DNA from: Diadema antillarum
Taxonomy: Eukaryota
Assembly (NCBI RefSeq): GCF_040938485.1
Contig: NW_027272359.1
Location: 1,116,001 to 1,180,000, forward strand
DNA: 64,000 nucleotides
Direction: 5' to 3'
Below the pieces are notes generated by a model. The model was not told where the DNA came from. It made no database searches and saw only the letters and a program-made list of their open reading frames with translations. A program made the translations under genes and the position numbers. Below, in pieces: positions 52,258-64,000 of the stretch; within the stretch, counting starts at the first letter, position 1, and each line of letters begins with the position of its first letter.

Positions 52258-52892
52258 TGTGATCTCCACAGACAGTTGACACATCAAGAAATGAGTCTGT
52301 AGCCATCGTTACCAAACAGGCTGACTTTATTGTGGAACTGCAACAGCATTCCAGTACACTGGCAGTAGACCGTCTACAGCTGACATTAGCTATTAGCTAC
52401 AAGCCGTTCGATCTGTAACAAATTATAAACACAACCAATACTCATAAGGGCATGTTCAATTAATACCCAAACACTAAATGATATTGATAAATCATACTTG
52501 CTAATTCCATCCTGCTTATGTGTCCACATATCAGATCTCACATCTGTATGCTATATTACACTTCCTTTTGACCATATTATTACTTGTGTAATTCCCCCAA
52601 ATAAAGTTACATTTGTATCCTAAATCATATTCAATATCATACTTCTTTTTATTATTTACTCAGCACTCTGACAATAAACTGTCATATTACATATCAACCT
52701 TCCATGTGTTTGCTTAACTTGTGTTTTATGCACCTTCCAATGAATTATCAGACAGGCATGTTAATAATTAACCTTTCATTATTTAAATTCCTTACTTCAG
52801 CCGTATCAGATTTATACACCGTTCATTTATATCAAATTGTACGCATCAATATCCGTACAGCATTCGTCGTTCAACACATTCACATGTGTACA
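52258..52892 (-). mobile_element. LTR-like direct repeat A (upstream copy, adjacent to BEL gag)
   Basis: ~635 bp with TGT...ACA termini on the - strand and AATAAA ~65 nt from the 3' end. About 27 differences from 47013-47648 by manual count (~96%). The gag ATG lies ~25 nt downstream. Confidence 0.8.
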
Positions 52893-53039
52893 GTATGGTG
52901 TACAGTGTATACGTACGACGTGCTTAACGTTACAATTTCACGGTCACATCATCAGATTAGAAACCCTCAAATTTTTTTTCATAAGTACACCAAACACGTA
53001 CACACCTTTTCAGTACAGAACCATACATTAATGATTATA

Positions 53040-54621
53040 TTTATACCCCCGCCAAACGAAGTTTGAAGGGGGTATATAGGAATCAGCGGACGGTCGGGCG
53101 GTCGGTCCGTTGCAAATCTTGCGTCGCGAACTACTTCCTCAGTTTTCAACTGATTCCCATAAAACTTGGCACAGATGTGTGCCTTGGGTTGTAGATGTGC
53201 AAGACGTATTTTTTGACAGTACCCAAAAGTACGTTGCCATGGTAACGGCATATTATGGGCAAAAATGGGTACAAATCTTGTGTCGCGAACTCCTCCCACA
53301 GTTTTTGATCAATTTTTATTAAATTAGGTACAGATGTTCATCTGAATATGTTAATGTGCAAGACACATATTTCCGCAGTGGCAAAAAGTGCGTTGCCATG
53401 GTAACGGCATGTTATTGGTAAAATATAGGGCAAAATGCTTCATGGCAAAACTGCTTCATCAGTGTTCTTCCAATTCTCATGGAATTCATATTGAATGTTT
53501 GTCTTAGGATATTGACCGATTCGGGTTCGTTGAGGGCAGCAGACATTTTACGGCACAGGGCGCAGCCATAGTGGGTGTATTAGCGACCCCCCCTGCTCTC
53601 CCCCACCCCGGGGCAACATGTTTATCACGCACTTGTAACAAAGGTTCGCGCACTAAGCAAGCATTCGCGCACTCAGTACGAGACGCCCATTGGCTAAAGC
53701 AGTTTTTCATTCTGCGCGCGTGCTAATGTAGGGAGAGGGGTGGGGGAGTGCGGAGGGGGGGTCTGCTGATACACCCACTATGGCTGCGCCTATGCTAAAA
53801 ATACACATAGCGCGTCACAGAATCGGTCAATAGGTCAGCATGACACATTTCTTGACAGTGACAAAAAGTATGTTGCCATGGTAACAGCTCACATATTATG
53901 AGCCAAAATGATGGAAAATTTTGTGTTGCAAACTACTTCCTCAGTTTTTGCCCAATTTCCATGAAACTTGGTACAGATGTGTGCCTTTGGTTGTAGATGT
54001 GCAAGATGCATTTTTTGACAGTACCCGAAAGTACGTTGCCATGGTAACGGCATATTAATGGCAGAAGATCAAGGAAAGATCTTGCGGATTTTCCTCAGTT
54101 TTTTGACCAAAGCTTATGAAATGTGGCACACACCTTGATCTTGGTGGGAAGATGTGGAAGACATATTTTTCGGACGTGTGGGAAGCTGCGTTGCCATGGT
54201 AACGGCATATAAATGGCAGAAGATCAAGGAAAGATCTTGCGGATTGAACTTCTTCCTCTGTATTCGACTGAAGCTCATGAAATGTGGCACACACATTGGT
54301 CTTGGTGGGAAGATGTGCAAGACATTCTTTGGACGTGTCGGAAGCTGCGTTGCCATGGTAACGGCATATTAATGGCGGAAGATCAAGGAAAGATCTTGTG
54401 GATTGAACTACTTCCTCAGTTTTTGACAAAAGCTTATGAAATGTGGCACACACAATAGTCTTGGTGGGAAGATGTGCAAGACATATTTTTCGGATGTGTC
54501 GGAAGCTGCGTTGCCATGGTAACGGCATTTACATGGCAGAAGATCAAGGAAAGATCATTCCTTGGGTAAGACTGTCGTCACGGGGCGGGGGTATTAATCA
54601 CCTTCAGTGATATTTCTAGTT
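53040..54621 (+). mobile_element. Non-autonomous Helentron-like element (HINE/DINE-1 architecture) with internal ~160-bp tandem units
   Basis: 5' TTATACCCCCGC subterminal repeat and hairpin (..GGGGGTATA), then a (CGGT)n microsatellite. 3' GCGGGGGTATT inverted copy, hairpin ATCAC-cttca-GTGAT and a CTAGTT end. Seven GTTGCCATGGTAAC motifs. Confidence 0.75.
53512..53830. mobile_element. MITE inserted in the HINE (TIR TTGACCGATTC)
   Basis: Terminal TTGACCGATTC...GAATCGGTCAA plus long internal inverted repeats (GCGCAGCCATAGTGGGTGTAT). Absent at the equivalent position of the HINE copy at ~57890. Confidence 0.8.
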
Positions 54622-55235
54622 TCAAATCAACTCATCTAAATACAACTTTGGGCTTATTCAAAATATTTTCTTGATTTTCCACCAAACTGTCAATTTCGAC
54701 CACACCAAAACGGCGTCGAAGTGGAAAGGCAAAATAAATATGCTGCCCTCTAGCGACAAAGTCTTAACAAACTCTCGACTCACGCCTATGAAGTAAATAT
54801 AAATCAGCATAAATCATCATTTTCTCACAGCTGTCAAACAGGATTTTTAAAGTTTGTGTAACAGTTCATACATGTACAGTGTCTGTAAAATGAAACCCGG
54901 ACTAATGTGTTGAAAGAACTTAGAGTGTGTATCGAGATGTCTTAAGCCCTGTTACTGGTTAACCATCATCTGGTGTGTTCTCAGATTTGGTCAGTATGCA
55001 AATGACAAGAAGCATTCCATTGATTAACATTATTTTGGATAATACTGACAATAACCTTGCTGTGTTTCTTCTGCTGGGATACATTATTCCGGATAATTTT
55101 CTACTTCATGTGGCCTCTGGTATTGGTAGATGATGTGAATTCACCCATCCACCCAATGGGAGCTCTTTCATCTACTCTAAAGTTGATGCATACTGTATTT
55201 TCTATATAATGTTTGAATTCTCCCCAGAGTTAGTA

Positions 55236-56062
55236 CAGTGCTCTCTGCATAATCGGGTAGGCTCGGGCAGAGCGATTCTTACCCGATTAAGCGGAGTACC
55301 CGATTAACAGATGAACACGTCATGCATTGTACACTGCACCAAACACCTCCACTGTATGCTTATAACATGCGTGCTTGCACGGCACATTATACATACCTTA
55401 CACTTGCTCAGTCACGAGCAATAATTGACACTCTTTTTATGGACAAATATGTCTTCAGAAAACTTTGTCGTTTCACTATAGACTCCTCGCTAACACGCAG
55501 GCGTTTTCTGAAATGACCACGTCTCTTTGCGTGCACTATAGTCACGTAGAACGTCAGGTTACTTTTCGAGAAGTGACTTCGGGAAAAATCAAAATTATGG
55601 AGCTGGTGCATGGCCTAACTTTCGTTGCAAACTTCTTGTATTGTGAATGTTGTTGCGGAGCAAGGGAGGAGCGCAAGTGTGTTCAACTCCTGTCTGTCTA
55701 TGTAATTGTGAGTGCCAGCTACATTTGTAATGTTCGTTTTCGTGTGGCAAGTCGGTACGGGTACATGTGTTTTCATGACTTGTTCAATCACTCCCCAAAT
55801 GATCGGTCTTCTTTGCAAATTAAGCAGAGAATGCGATTTGCCGTGGAAAATTTGACATGCATGATTTCTTAAAGTGTTATATCTGCGATAAAATGTGGGT
55901 AGAAATTAGATTAGAAGAAAATTATTTACCCTTTTATGCGGAGAGGCAACCCGATTATCAGGTTATATTAATGTGCATTGGAACTGACTCTGACATTACT
56001 AGGCGACCCAATTAAACGGAGTACCCATTTAAAAGCGATACCCGATTACGCGGAGAGTACTG
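55236..56062. mobile_element. Longer pogo/Tigger-type non-autonomous element (827 bp)
   Basis: TA|CAGTGCTCTCTGCATAATCGGGTA ... TACCCGATTACGCGGAGAGTACTG|TA, with repeated TACCCGATTA subterminal motifs. Confidence 0.8.
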
Positions 56063-56149
56063 TACATGGTTAATAATGTGGTTTTAATGAGCAATAGGTT
56101 AAATGGAGTAGCACAGAGAATATGAACTACTGGCTACTCCAATTACACG

Positions 56150-56318
56150 TAAAGCAAAGTTCTGGTCAGAACCAGCAGCTTTCTTTTGTTATGTTGAAAT
56201 TTTGTTATATTTGAACAAATAAAGTGTATGGAGATATCTAGATGAAAATTTTGTGCTCTGAATTTTCCTTTGTTGTATCCTAAATTTCATTTGTGTTTGT
56301 TATAGCGGGAGTGCACTG
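56150..56318. mobile_element. Degenerate family-T MITE
   Basis: Ends GGGAGTGCACTG|TA; diverged interior. Confidence 0.55.
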
Positions 56319-56574
56319 TATTAGGGCATGCCTTCATGACTGATTTTCGGATGAACTATCACCATGTACTGCCCAAAAATCCTCCAAAACCTTATACATG
56401 TAGTTCTTTTTTTTTTTGGTATGTTTGAAGAAGTATATTTTTGTGTTTTCCTTTCTCTCTGTTGGAGCATGTGGTGTCCCTGATGTATGAGGCAAAGTGA
56501 TAAAATACAAAGTACCATTATTACCTTTCTTATAATGCGACATTTTGCCATGTAGTGTCATTGAGTAGATGTAC

Positions 56575-56912
56575 ATAAACATTAATTGTTTGTTCATTTT
56601 CCATCTGAAAAGATGGCTGGATAGCCCATATTCAGCTATGTTAAGCTGGTCTTCCATGGGGTCCAGTTGGATTTGAGGTGGGACCACTTCACCGGGTTAA
56701 ACACCCTGCTCTTTACGATGAATGAATGAAGCGGGATCTTTTACGTGCATGAGTTGTTATAAATTACTCTCTCATACACGGGACCTCCATTTTATGTCCT
56801 ATCCGAGGGACAGAGTGTTTTGCCTCTTGCTAGAGGGGACGGTATGCTTACACACAACATTGCTCAGTCCAGACTCGGGTTCGAACCCGGGCCGCGTGAT
56901 CGTGAGGCAGAG
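56575..56912 (-). mobile_element. tRNA-derived DeuSINE (Deu/Nin domain)
   Basis: B-box GGTTCGAACCC; CCCTCGGATAGGAC...GCACGTAAAAGATCCC...TCGTAAAGAGCAGGGTGTTTAACCCGGTG, which I recognise as Deu-domain-like; LINE-like 3' tail. Confidence 0.75.
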
Positions 56913-57642
56913 TTAGTTCAGTCTTTGCAAAATGGGAATCTGCTTCCTGGGAATTATCTTTGAGGCAATAAAAAGGTTTCATTCTAATAAGCCAGTTCGT
57001 AATTAGCTCATGTACACATTGGTACAAATGACCTTTCATTTTTCTCAGTTGGTTGGGCACTTCACTCGTTTTCAAAGCGGCATAATGCATAAGCCTGCCC
57101 GACGTAACAATTTATGGAATTCATGTTCAAACAGAGAATGAACTTGCATTTAGATCAGGTGATCAGTTGACAATTTAGCAGGCATCCATTTCATTGTTTT
57201 GTATTGAATGCAATAACAGCCCATTTCCTTTATTGCAAAATATCATTCTTGCTGTCAAGTGGATGAGCTGGCAAGCACATATACACTGTAGATAAGGATC
57301 ACATCAATAATCATCGCATCACAGATGCTTATCTCAGTGAATTTACAAACAAAAATGCCTGTTGGTACAAGTGACCTTTTTCTGCTCTTGCGCAAAGTGG
57401 AATTACAAACTGGTCTATTGTACTTGTTGATGTTTGTGCAGTGTTCATTTGTTTGATGCACATTTTGAGCTAAATGTGTATGCTGAAATATGGACTTAAG
57501 CACACTGGTGGAATAAATGATTATTTTTCCATTGGCAGATCCAAAGGGTGTATGCCCCCATTTCATATTCATCAAAAAAATAGAAATACATGAACTGTAA
57601 AAAGAAAAAAAATGAACAGGGGATGCATGCGTCCCCCTTTAA

Positions 57643-58690
57643 TTATACCCCCGCCAAACGAAGTTTGAAGGGGGTATATAGGAATCAGCGGACGGTCGGG
57701 CGGTCGGTCGGGCGGTCGGTCCGTCTGCAAATCTGTGCAAGACACATATTTCCGCAGTGGCAAAAAGTGCGTTGCCATGGTAACGGCATGTTATTGGTAA
57801 AATAGAGGGCAAAATGCTTCATGGCAAAACTGCTTCATCAGTGTTCTTCCAATTCTCATGGAATTCATATTGAATGTTTGTCTTAGGATATAGGTCAGCA
57901 TGACACATTTCTTGACAGTGACAAAAAGTATGTTGCCATGGTAACAGCTCACATATTATGAGCCAAAATGATGGAAAATTTTGTGTTGCAAACTACTTCC
58001 TCAGTTTTTGCCCAATTTCCATGAAACTTGGTACAGATGTGTGCCTTTGGTTGTAGATGTGCAAGACGCATTTTTTGACAGTACCCGAAAGTACGTTGCC
58101 ATGGTAACGGCATATTAATGGCAGAAGATCAAGGAAAGATCTCGCGGATTTAACTACTTCCTCAGTTTTTTGACCAAAGCGTATGAAATGTGGCACACAC
58201 CTTGATCTTGGTGGGAAGATGTGGAAGACATATTTTTCGGACGTGTCGGAAGCTGCGTTGCCATGGTAATGGCATATAAATGGCAGAAGATCAAGGAAAG
58301 ATCTTGCGGATTGAACTACTTCCTCTGTATTCGACTGAAGCTCATGAAATGTGGCACACACATTGGTCTTGGTGGGAAGATGTGCAAGACATATTTTTTG
58401 GACGTGTCGGAAGCTGCGTTGCCATGGTAACGGCATATTAATGGTGGAAGATCAAGGAAAGATCTTGTGGATTGAACTACTTCCTCAGTTTTTGACAAAA
58501 GCTTATGAAATGTGGCACACACAATAGTCTTGGTGGGAAGATGTGCAAGACATATTTTTCGGACGTGTCGGAAGCTGCGTTGCCATGGTAACGGCATTTA
58601 AATGGCAGAAGATCAAGGAAAGATCATTCCTTGGGTAAGACTGTCGTCACGGGGCGGGGGTATTAATCACCTTAAGTGATATTTCTAGTT
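57643..58690 (+). mobile_element. Second HINE copy, same family as 53040-54621
   Basis: Same termini and internal units, with five exact and one variant X-box motif. It interrupts a GGCGGATCC-type MITE (left end ~57527, right end ~58888). Confidence 0.8.
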
Positions 58691-60123
58691 TTCTATTGTA
58701 GTGGCACCAGAATTTTTCTTTGTTGCTTGTCAGGCGATGAAACCTGGAAGTAGAGAGAAGAAACCAAAAAAAAAAAAATTGCACAGGAGCCTTTTTTTGT
58801 TTTGCTCGGCAGCTGATGTAACCCAGAAATGGCACCAGAATTTTTTTTAAACCCCCCCCCCCTCCCTACAGAATTTTTAGATCCGCCCGTTTTCTGTTTC
58901 CATTGACACTACACTGCTGCATCATGATAGGGTTCTGCTTCAAGCAAACATGACTTTCTACTAGGAGTGCTCTTGGTCCCATACACTGTATTTTGCGTTT
59001 CTCACATGTCACTAGTGATTTTAAAAAGATTTCCATTGGGTATGTAGTGATCATGAAAGCTGTGAATGTATGGGTCAAACTTCCTGCATAATACAGTGGC
59101 TACTTGAGAACATATAATACTGTATGGTTTTTCAGAACTTTGAAGTTCTATATCCCTCAAAACTTCTCTCGGGTTTTTAGCGAATTTTATGAATTTAAAC
59201 AGTTGTTCGAGGTTGTTCCGAGATAGCATACTTGTATGCAGAGAATTGTTTAAGAGGTGCCAGTAATGATGTAAAGATCTTCTGTGGCAAAATACTCCCA
59301 GGGTCTCCAGTCTGATGGATAAAGGGTTCGCTGCTTGTGTCCGTAGACGGTTTAAATATCATCCGAGTCCACAAAGTTAACTCACAACCATCCTTCCTTT
59401 CTTCTTTCTCTCTCTCTTTCCTCTCTTTTTCTTTCTCGTCTCTAAATGGCATTTTATGATGTTTCCACTGAGTCACTATCTCGCATACATCTGCAGTATC
59501 ATACAAGCGAAAATGAACAGCGCTTCCACAGAACGGGTTCACCAAAATACTTTCATATGCATAATTTAATATATGTAATTTCAAACATACACTTCATATT
59601 CATATATGACATACATGTCTATGATAGAACAGTTCTCTGTTCTGACATAGATTAAAACACAATCAGCATTTCATAATACTTGCAAAACAAACCACACGAA
59701 GGGATGGCATGGTGAAGAATGTCCAATTGCTTCTGCTAAAACTATGTAAACATTAAAAATTGGTTTCAAAAGTGATCAGAAAACTTGAAAGCCTTTCGTA
59801 AGGCAATTATCCTAATTTGTCTGTGCCTGAGTGTGTGTTTTTCCCTTCTTCTTCTTCCAATTTTAATCTGTAGTCAGGTTGGCTGCCTTATAGTGAATAT
59901 GAAAGAATAGGTCATCAAGACCTTGTGGTGACAGATGATTGTCACATGAATACCTATGCATACATGTATTCGACAAAACAATAACAATCCATAATAGGTT
60001 TCGTAGTTCTTGTTTCGTGGTTTCAGTTTTGATGCGGAGGCATCGGACAAAATGGTGGGCAAGGCTCCTGATGAGAAGCAGGTTGATTCTTCAGTGAAAG
60101 GGCGGAACCTCTTCACATGAGTG

Positions 60124-62973
60124 CTACGCCAGACCTATAAAAACGGAAGAACATAAAAAATAGGAAGATATGTTTGATAAACATAACGATGTATTACAAA
60201 GAACGTCTATGATTGAAACTGAAGCAGAGTAAACGTATCAGAAGGGGAAACAATATAGCCTGTTCATTCTTAGAATTGGCGAAATCATTACTGATTTTAA
60301 AACTTGTGGGACAATGTATGCGATGAATTTCCAACCTTGATACGAGTGCCTGGGACTGTCTTGTATGTAATGAGAGGACACAATACTTTTTGAATTTGAA
60401 AATTTGCCATGATCTTGGGAGCATGATGACTTTATTTCAAATCACGAGGAACATAAGTATTCATGAGAAAAAGGTAAATCAGAGCACATTCAATATTCAA
60501 CACACATAGGATAGTGTATTAATTTCCCACAGGCTACTGCATGACCGTGCAATGATACACCAAGTTTTGTCTCATCTGTTAGGCGAACCTTGCTGAGAAG
60601 AGAACACTTGCTAAGTGTGTGAACTCTTGCTACAAGTGCGCGAGCTCTCTCACTACAAGTCGCGGATGAAGTTTGCCATGGTTACAAACAAACCCACAGT
60701 ATACAGTGCACTCCCATTATAACGAACACGGTCATAACGAAATTCTGGTTACAATGAAGTAAAAATTCAGGCCGCAACATTACCCACTCTATGTATATTT
60801 TCATCGTTTATTTGTTCGGTTATGAAAAATTTTCAATAAAACGAAAGAAAATTGCCAGTCCCGAGGACTTTGTTATAATGGGAGTCCACTGTAGGGACTA
60901 CACAGTGTGCATGTGTCTACTGTTTGCCACTGGTCCATGCGTCCTTACCATTTGCCCTCTTACAGTCCTTGAGGACCATGTTGAAGGCGTCACATAAACC
61001 GAGGTCGCTCTGGGTGTCTGCACACTGCATGAACCGCTCCAGCTCATACTGGCAAGGATTTTGCTGTTGCTGCTGCTGCTGGGGCTGCTCCTGATACGTG
61101 ACGTCCGGTTGGTGACCTCCACCTCCGGTCATGGCATGGCCAACTGCATGACCCTAGAAAAAAACAAGATGCAACATGCTTACACAGTGAAAAATTAAAA
61201 ACAAACTAACAAACATGAAATATACAACACCTTCCACTACCAGGACCACATTACATACATGTACATCATATATAATGTATAATGTGCACACATATACAGT
61301 GTACTATGAAAGAGTACAAAAGACAGGTCAACATGAAGCATACAATTTGACAATGCCAAGTTTTCTGAATAGGTATACATAATTAGTGAAACTACAATTG
61401 TAGGTTCAAATTTCGTATAATTGTCCTTCGGTGGAATGGCTTTTGTAATGAACATGCTTCATTTCTTCATGTAACAAGCTGTATGTGTTTTTTTCAAGAT
61501 TATCCCTGCAATTGTATGGAAAAAAATGATGAGATCAGTGGATCATGGATTGAGAAGTCAAGAGTCCCACCAGTAATATAACTGCCATAGCATATTTAAA
61601 GGGATAGTACAGTATTGGTGGAGATGAGAATTGGGCTTTTAACTTTTTGCGAGATACATGTACCAAGAAAACACTTATGAAATAGAACAGAGCATACCTA
61701 CCATTTTATGAGGAATTCAAAGTTTATTAGATGAAAATCCGGTTGGAATGACTGAAACATCCAAAAACAAAACAAAAAACAACAACAAAGTGATCACAAT
61801 AAAAGGTGGGTCCTACACTTTATCGGAATTGCTCTGTTTTGGAAGTATATCTCAGCCATTTCAAAACCAATTTTCATCAAACAAACCTTGAATTCCTCAT
61901 GGAATTACATGCTCTTTCATATTTCAGAAGAGGTTTCTCATTTTCTCACCAAAATATGTTAGAAACCTGAAATTAGGTCTCAACCAAAACTATACGATCC
62001 CTTTAACTCTTAATGCACCACGACATAAACCCCCTGACAGGTGTGTCAAATTACTCTGAGAAGGCAACTTTGGCAAGCTTGGGAAAACATTTTGTTTTTC
62101 AAATCTATGTAACTTTTGTATAGATTTTTGTTACGCTAGACATGTAATGAGCAAAGTTGTAGAGAAAATGCCAAGCTTGCTTTGATGTAAATTTTATGAC
62201 AAAGTTATGATAATTTTTCTTTCCATTGACCAGTAGCTATCATGTATGTTATTGTCCAGGCACAAAAATTGCACACAAAACAGAGACAGAAACACAAAAT
62301 TTACTTGTAGATCTAAGAGTTAACATTGCTTGATATCAAATCACCACATAATGCTACAAGTGAAAGGAATGGAATTGCAAGTGACACCTTTGGCTTTATC
62401 GTATTTATCGCACTGTGGCATTTGCCTAATTATCTAACAGCTTGGACAGGCTTGAGTCTGTTTGAGCAAACTGCTAATTTGGCATGCTGTCAACTGAGTC
62501 GTACGTGCAAATGTGGCATATGAAAAGTAAACACTGCCAGTGCCATTGACAGTCATACTGGACACAATGTCAATCATATTTTGTAGTAGCAGTACTGAGG
62601 GGGTTAATTACGTGTCAGGGCTCTCCTACGANNNNNNNNNNNNNNNNNNNNNNNNNNNNNNNNNNNNNNNNNNNNNNNNNNNNNNNNNNNNNNNNNNNNN
62701 NNNNNNNNNNNNNNNNNNNNNNNNNNNNNNNNNNNNNNNNNNNNNNNNNNNNNNNNNNNNNNNNNNNNNNNNNNNNNNNNNNNNNNNNNNNNNNNNNNNN
62801 NNNNNNNNNNNNCCACAGCTGACCCAATTGCTACACCTCCAGCTGTGGCTGCCATCTGGCCCAGTAGCCCTGGCTGCCTTGGCTGACCCACACCCATGGC
62901 TGGCTGCTGGGCTCGTACAGGAGCTCTCTGGGGCACAGGAGCTGGCTGTGCTACTGTCCTGGGAGGAGCGGAC
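60124..62973 (-). CDS. CHCHD2: CHCHD2/CHCHD10 (MIX17 family) mitochondrial twin-CX9C protein, 5'-partial
   Basis: Exons 62973-62814 (...RQPGLLGQMAATAGGVAIGSAV; the donor abuts an N-gap), 61153-60949 (GHAVGHAMTGG...PDVTYQ..QQQNPCQYELERFMQCADTQSDLGLCDAFNMVLKDCKRAN) and 60134-60124 (GLA-stop; acceptor CTTCCGTTTTTATAG). Two CX9C motifs. Exon 1 was not found and is probably beyond 64000. Probably a pro-orthologue of vertebrate CHCHD2 and CHCHD10. Confidence 0.95.
60704..60891. mobile_element. pogo/Tigger-type MITE (family T) in CHCHD2 last intron
   Basis: Same TIRs and TA TSD. Confidence 0.85.
61600..62002. mobile_element. Family-D TTAA MITE in a CHCHD2 intron
   Basis: TTAA|AGGGATAGTACAGT...ACTATACGATCCCT|TTAA. 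Confidence 0.85.
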
Positions 62974-63135
62974 CTTGTGTATGTAGAGAATGAGAGAGAG
63001 AGAGAGATCCATTTCATCGGTCATTCTGTCTCTTGACCAGTACACTAAAACTGGACATTGCATTAAAAAAAGACCTAGCCTATGCTGTAGTGTAAGGACT
63101 ACACTTACAGGAAGTTTCATACACAGAAGGGATTT

Positions 63136-63312
63136 ACTGTAAAAGTGAAAATTTTTGCACATTTCGCATAATCAGAAACTGGCGCAAAAATACGAGCTTG
63201 CAAATATTTTTGCTTGCTATATTGCAGTTGTTTCTATGGAATTAAGAACACTAGAAACTCATCTTACCAGCCGAGCATGAGAATTACTCGCATGAAAATA
63301 TCCACTCCTACA
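63136..63312. mobile_element. Degenerate TACTGTAAAAGTG-type MITE
   Basis: Imperfect TIRs; non-coding. Confidence 0.45.
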
Positions 63313-63865
63313 ATTTGTTCATCAAGATCTGAACCTCCTAAACGTAAATTTAAGCTGAGGGAATGAAACAACGTCAAAAAAAAAAAAAATGTATCAAACC
63401 TGTTCCCTTTATTAACAGACGCACAACCCTTAATAATCCAAGGCACGTACCCACATAAAATTCCTCATCACAAACACAGATATCTACAATTACAATTTAA
63501 GGACATTTTCCCACACAAAATCCATCTGTGGGATACAATTCAAGTAGCCTGCTGCTCCACCAGTCCAAGCTGTGTTAAACTAAGACATCTCTTCACACAT
63601 TCAAATGAGAGAATGAGCACCTGCTGAGCATTTGCCGAGGGAAAATTATATGTTGTGGAGTAGGTCTTGTCCCTGTATTTTGAATAAAAGTATCTCTAAC
63701 GTTAGTTTCTAGAGTCTACATGAGATATTCATGAAAATATCCAAACTGCTAATTAGTGTTACTGATCAGATCTAACGTTAGATGAATAATAACGGCACGT
63801 TTACTTAGTCAATAGTTTTCAAAACGTAAAATTTTAGTCTCCCCATTTATTTTTCTCTTTTTTGT

Positions 63866-64000
63866 GAATGAATTCTTCTTCTTCTTCTGATTAGGTCTGC
63901 CTCCTTCAATAGACTGAAGATTCTTGCAGACTGGTGCTATTTACATTATAATACAATTTATTTACAGATTGACGAAAACAACTAGCCACTGGCACTGTGA
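63866..64000 (-). mobile_element. Second copy of the same LINE 3' UTR, running off the window
   Basis: Near-identical to 40304-40450 apart from a ~20-bp deletion. Confidence 0.85.

Noticed and set aside
53200-54560. CRISPR-like regularly spaced repeat
   Set aside because: The 'spacers' are homologous to each other (tandem units), the context is eukaryotic, and there are no cas genes.
54055-58597. Repetitive 70-157-aa ORFs (MPLPWQR..., CHGN repeats)
   Set aside because: They are translations of HINE tandem units with no Rep/helicase/endonuclease motifs.
63264-63446. Candidate CHCHD2 exon 1 (MRVILMLG|GTAAGA)
   Set aside because: It lies inside a MITE and lacks the MPR/Arg-Ser-rich N-terminus of the family.

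Overview
Repeat-rich invertebrate deuterostome DNA, most likely an echinoderm or sea urchin (inferred from DeuSINEs, Gmr1-like Gypsy and vertebrate-like intron positions). It has six N-gaps. I reconstructed four spliced genes by hand from GT-AG sites and reading phase: (1) the first coding exon of SBSPON (- strand, rest probably left of the window); (2) complete 9-exon MMAB (-, 810 nt CDS); (3) complete 6-exon CRCP/RPC9 (+, 441 nt CDS), head-to-head with MMAB with 642 bp between start codons; (4) the last three exons of CHCHD2/10 (-). The rest is mostly mobile DNA: pogo/Tigger-type and TTAA (Kolobok-type) MITEs, tRNA-derived SINEs, CR1/L2-type LINE ends and three Helentron-like (HINE/DINE-1-like) elements carrying arrays of RFX X-box motifs. 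The most unusual structure is a decayed LTR composite at 47.0-52.9 kb. There a BEL/Pao gag is joined to a Gmr1-type Ty3/Gypsy INT-RT-RH inside one ~96%-identical LTR-like pair, with a probable second inner LTR. No rRNA, intact tRNA or CRISPR array was seen. All family assignments are by motif recognition, with no database search.
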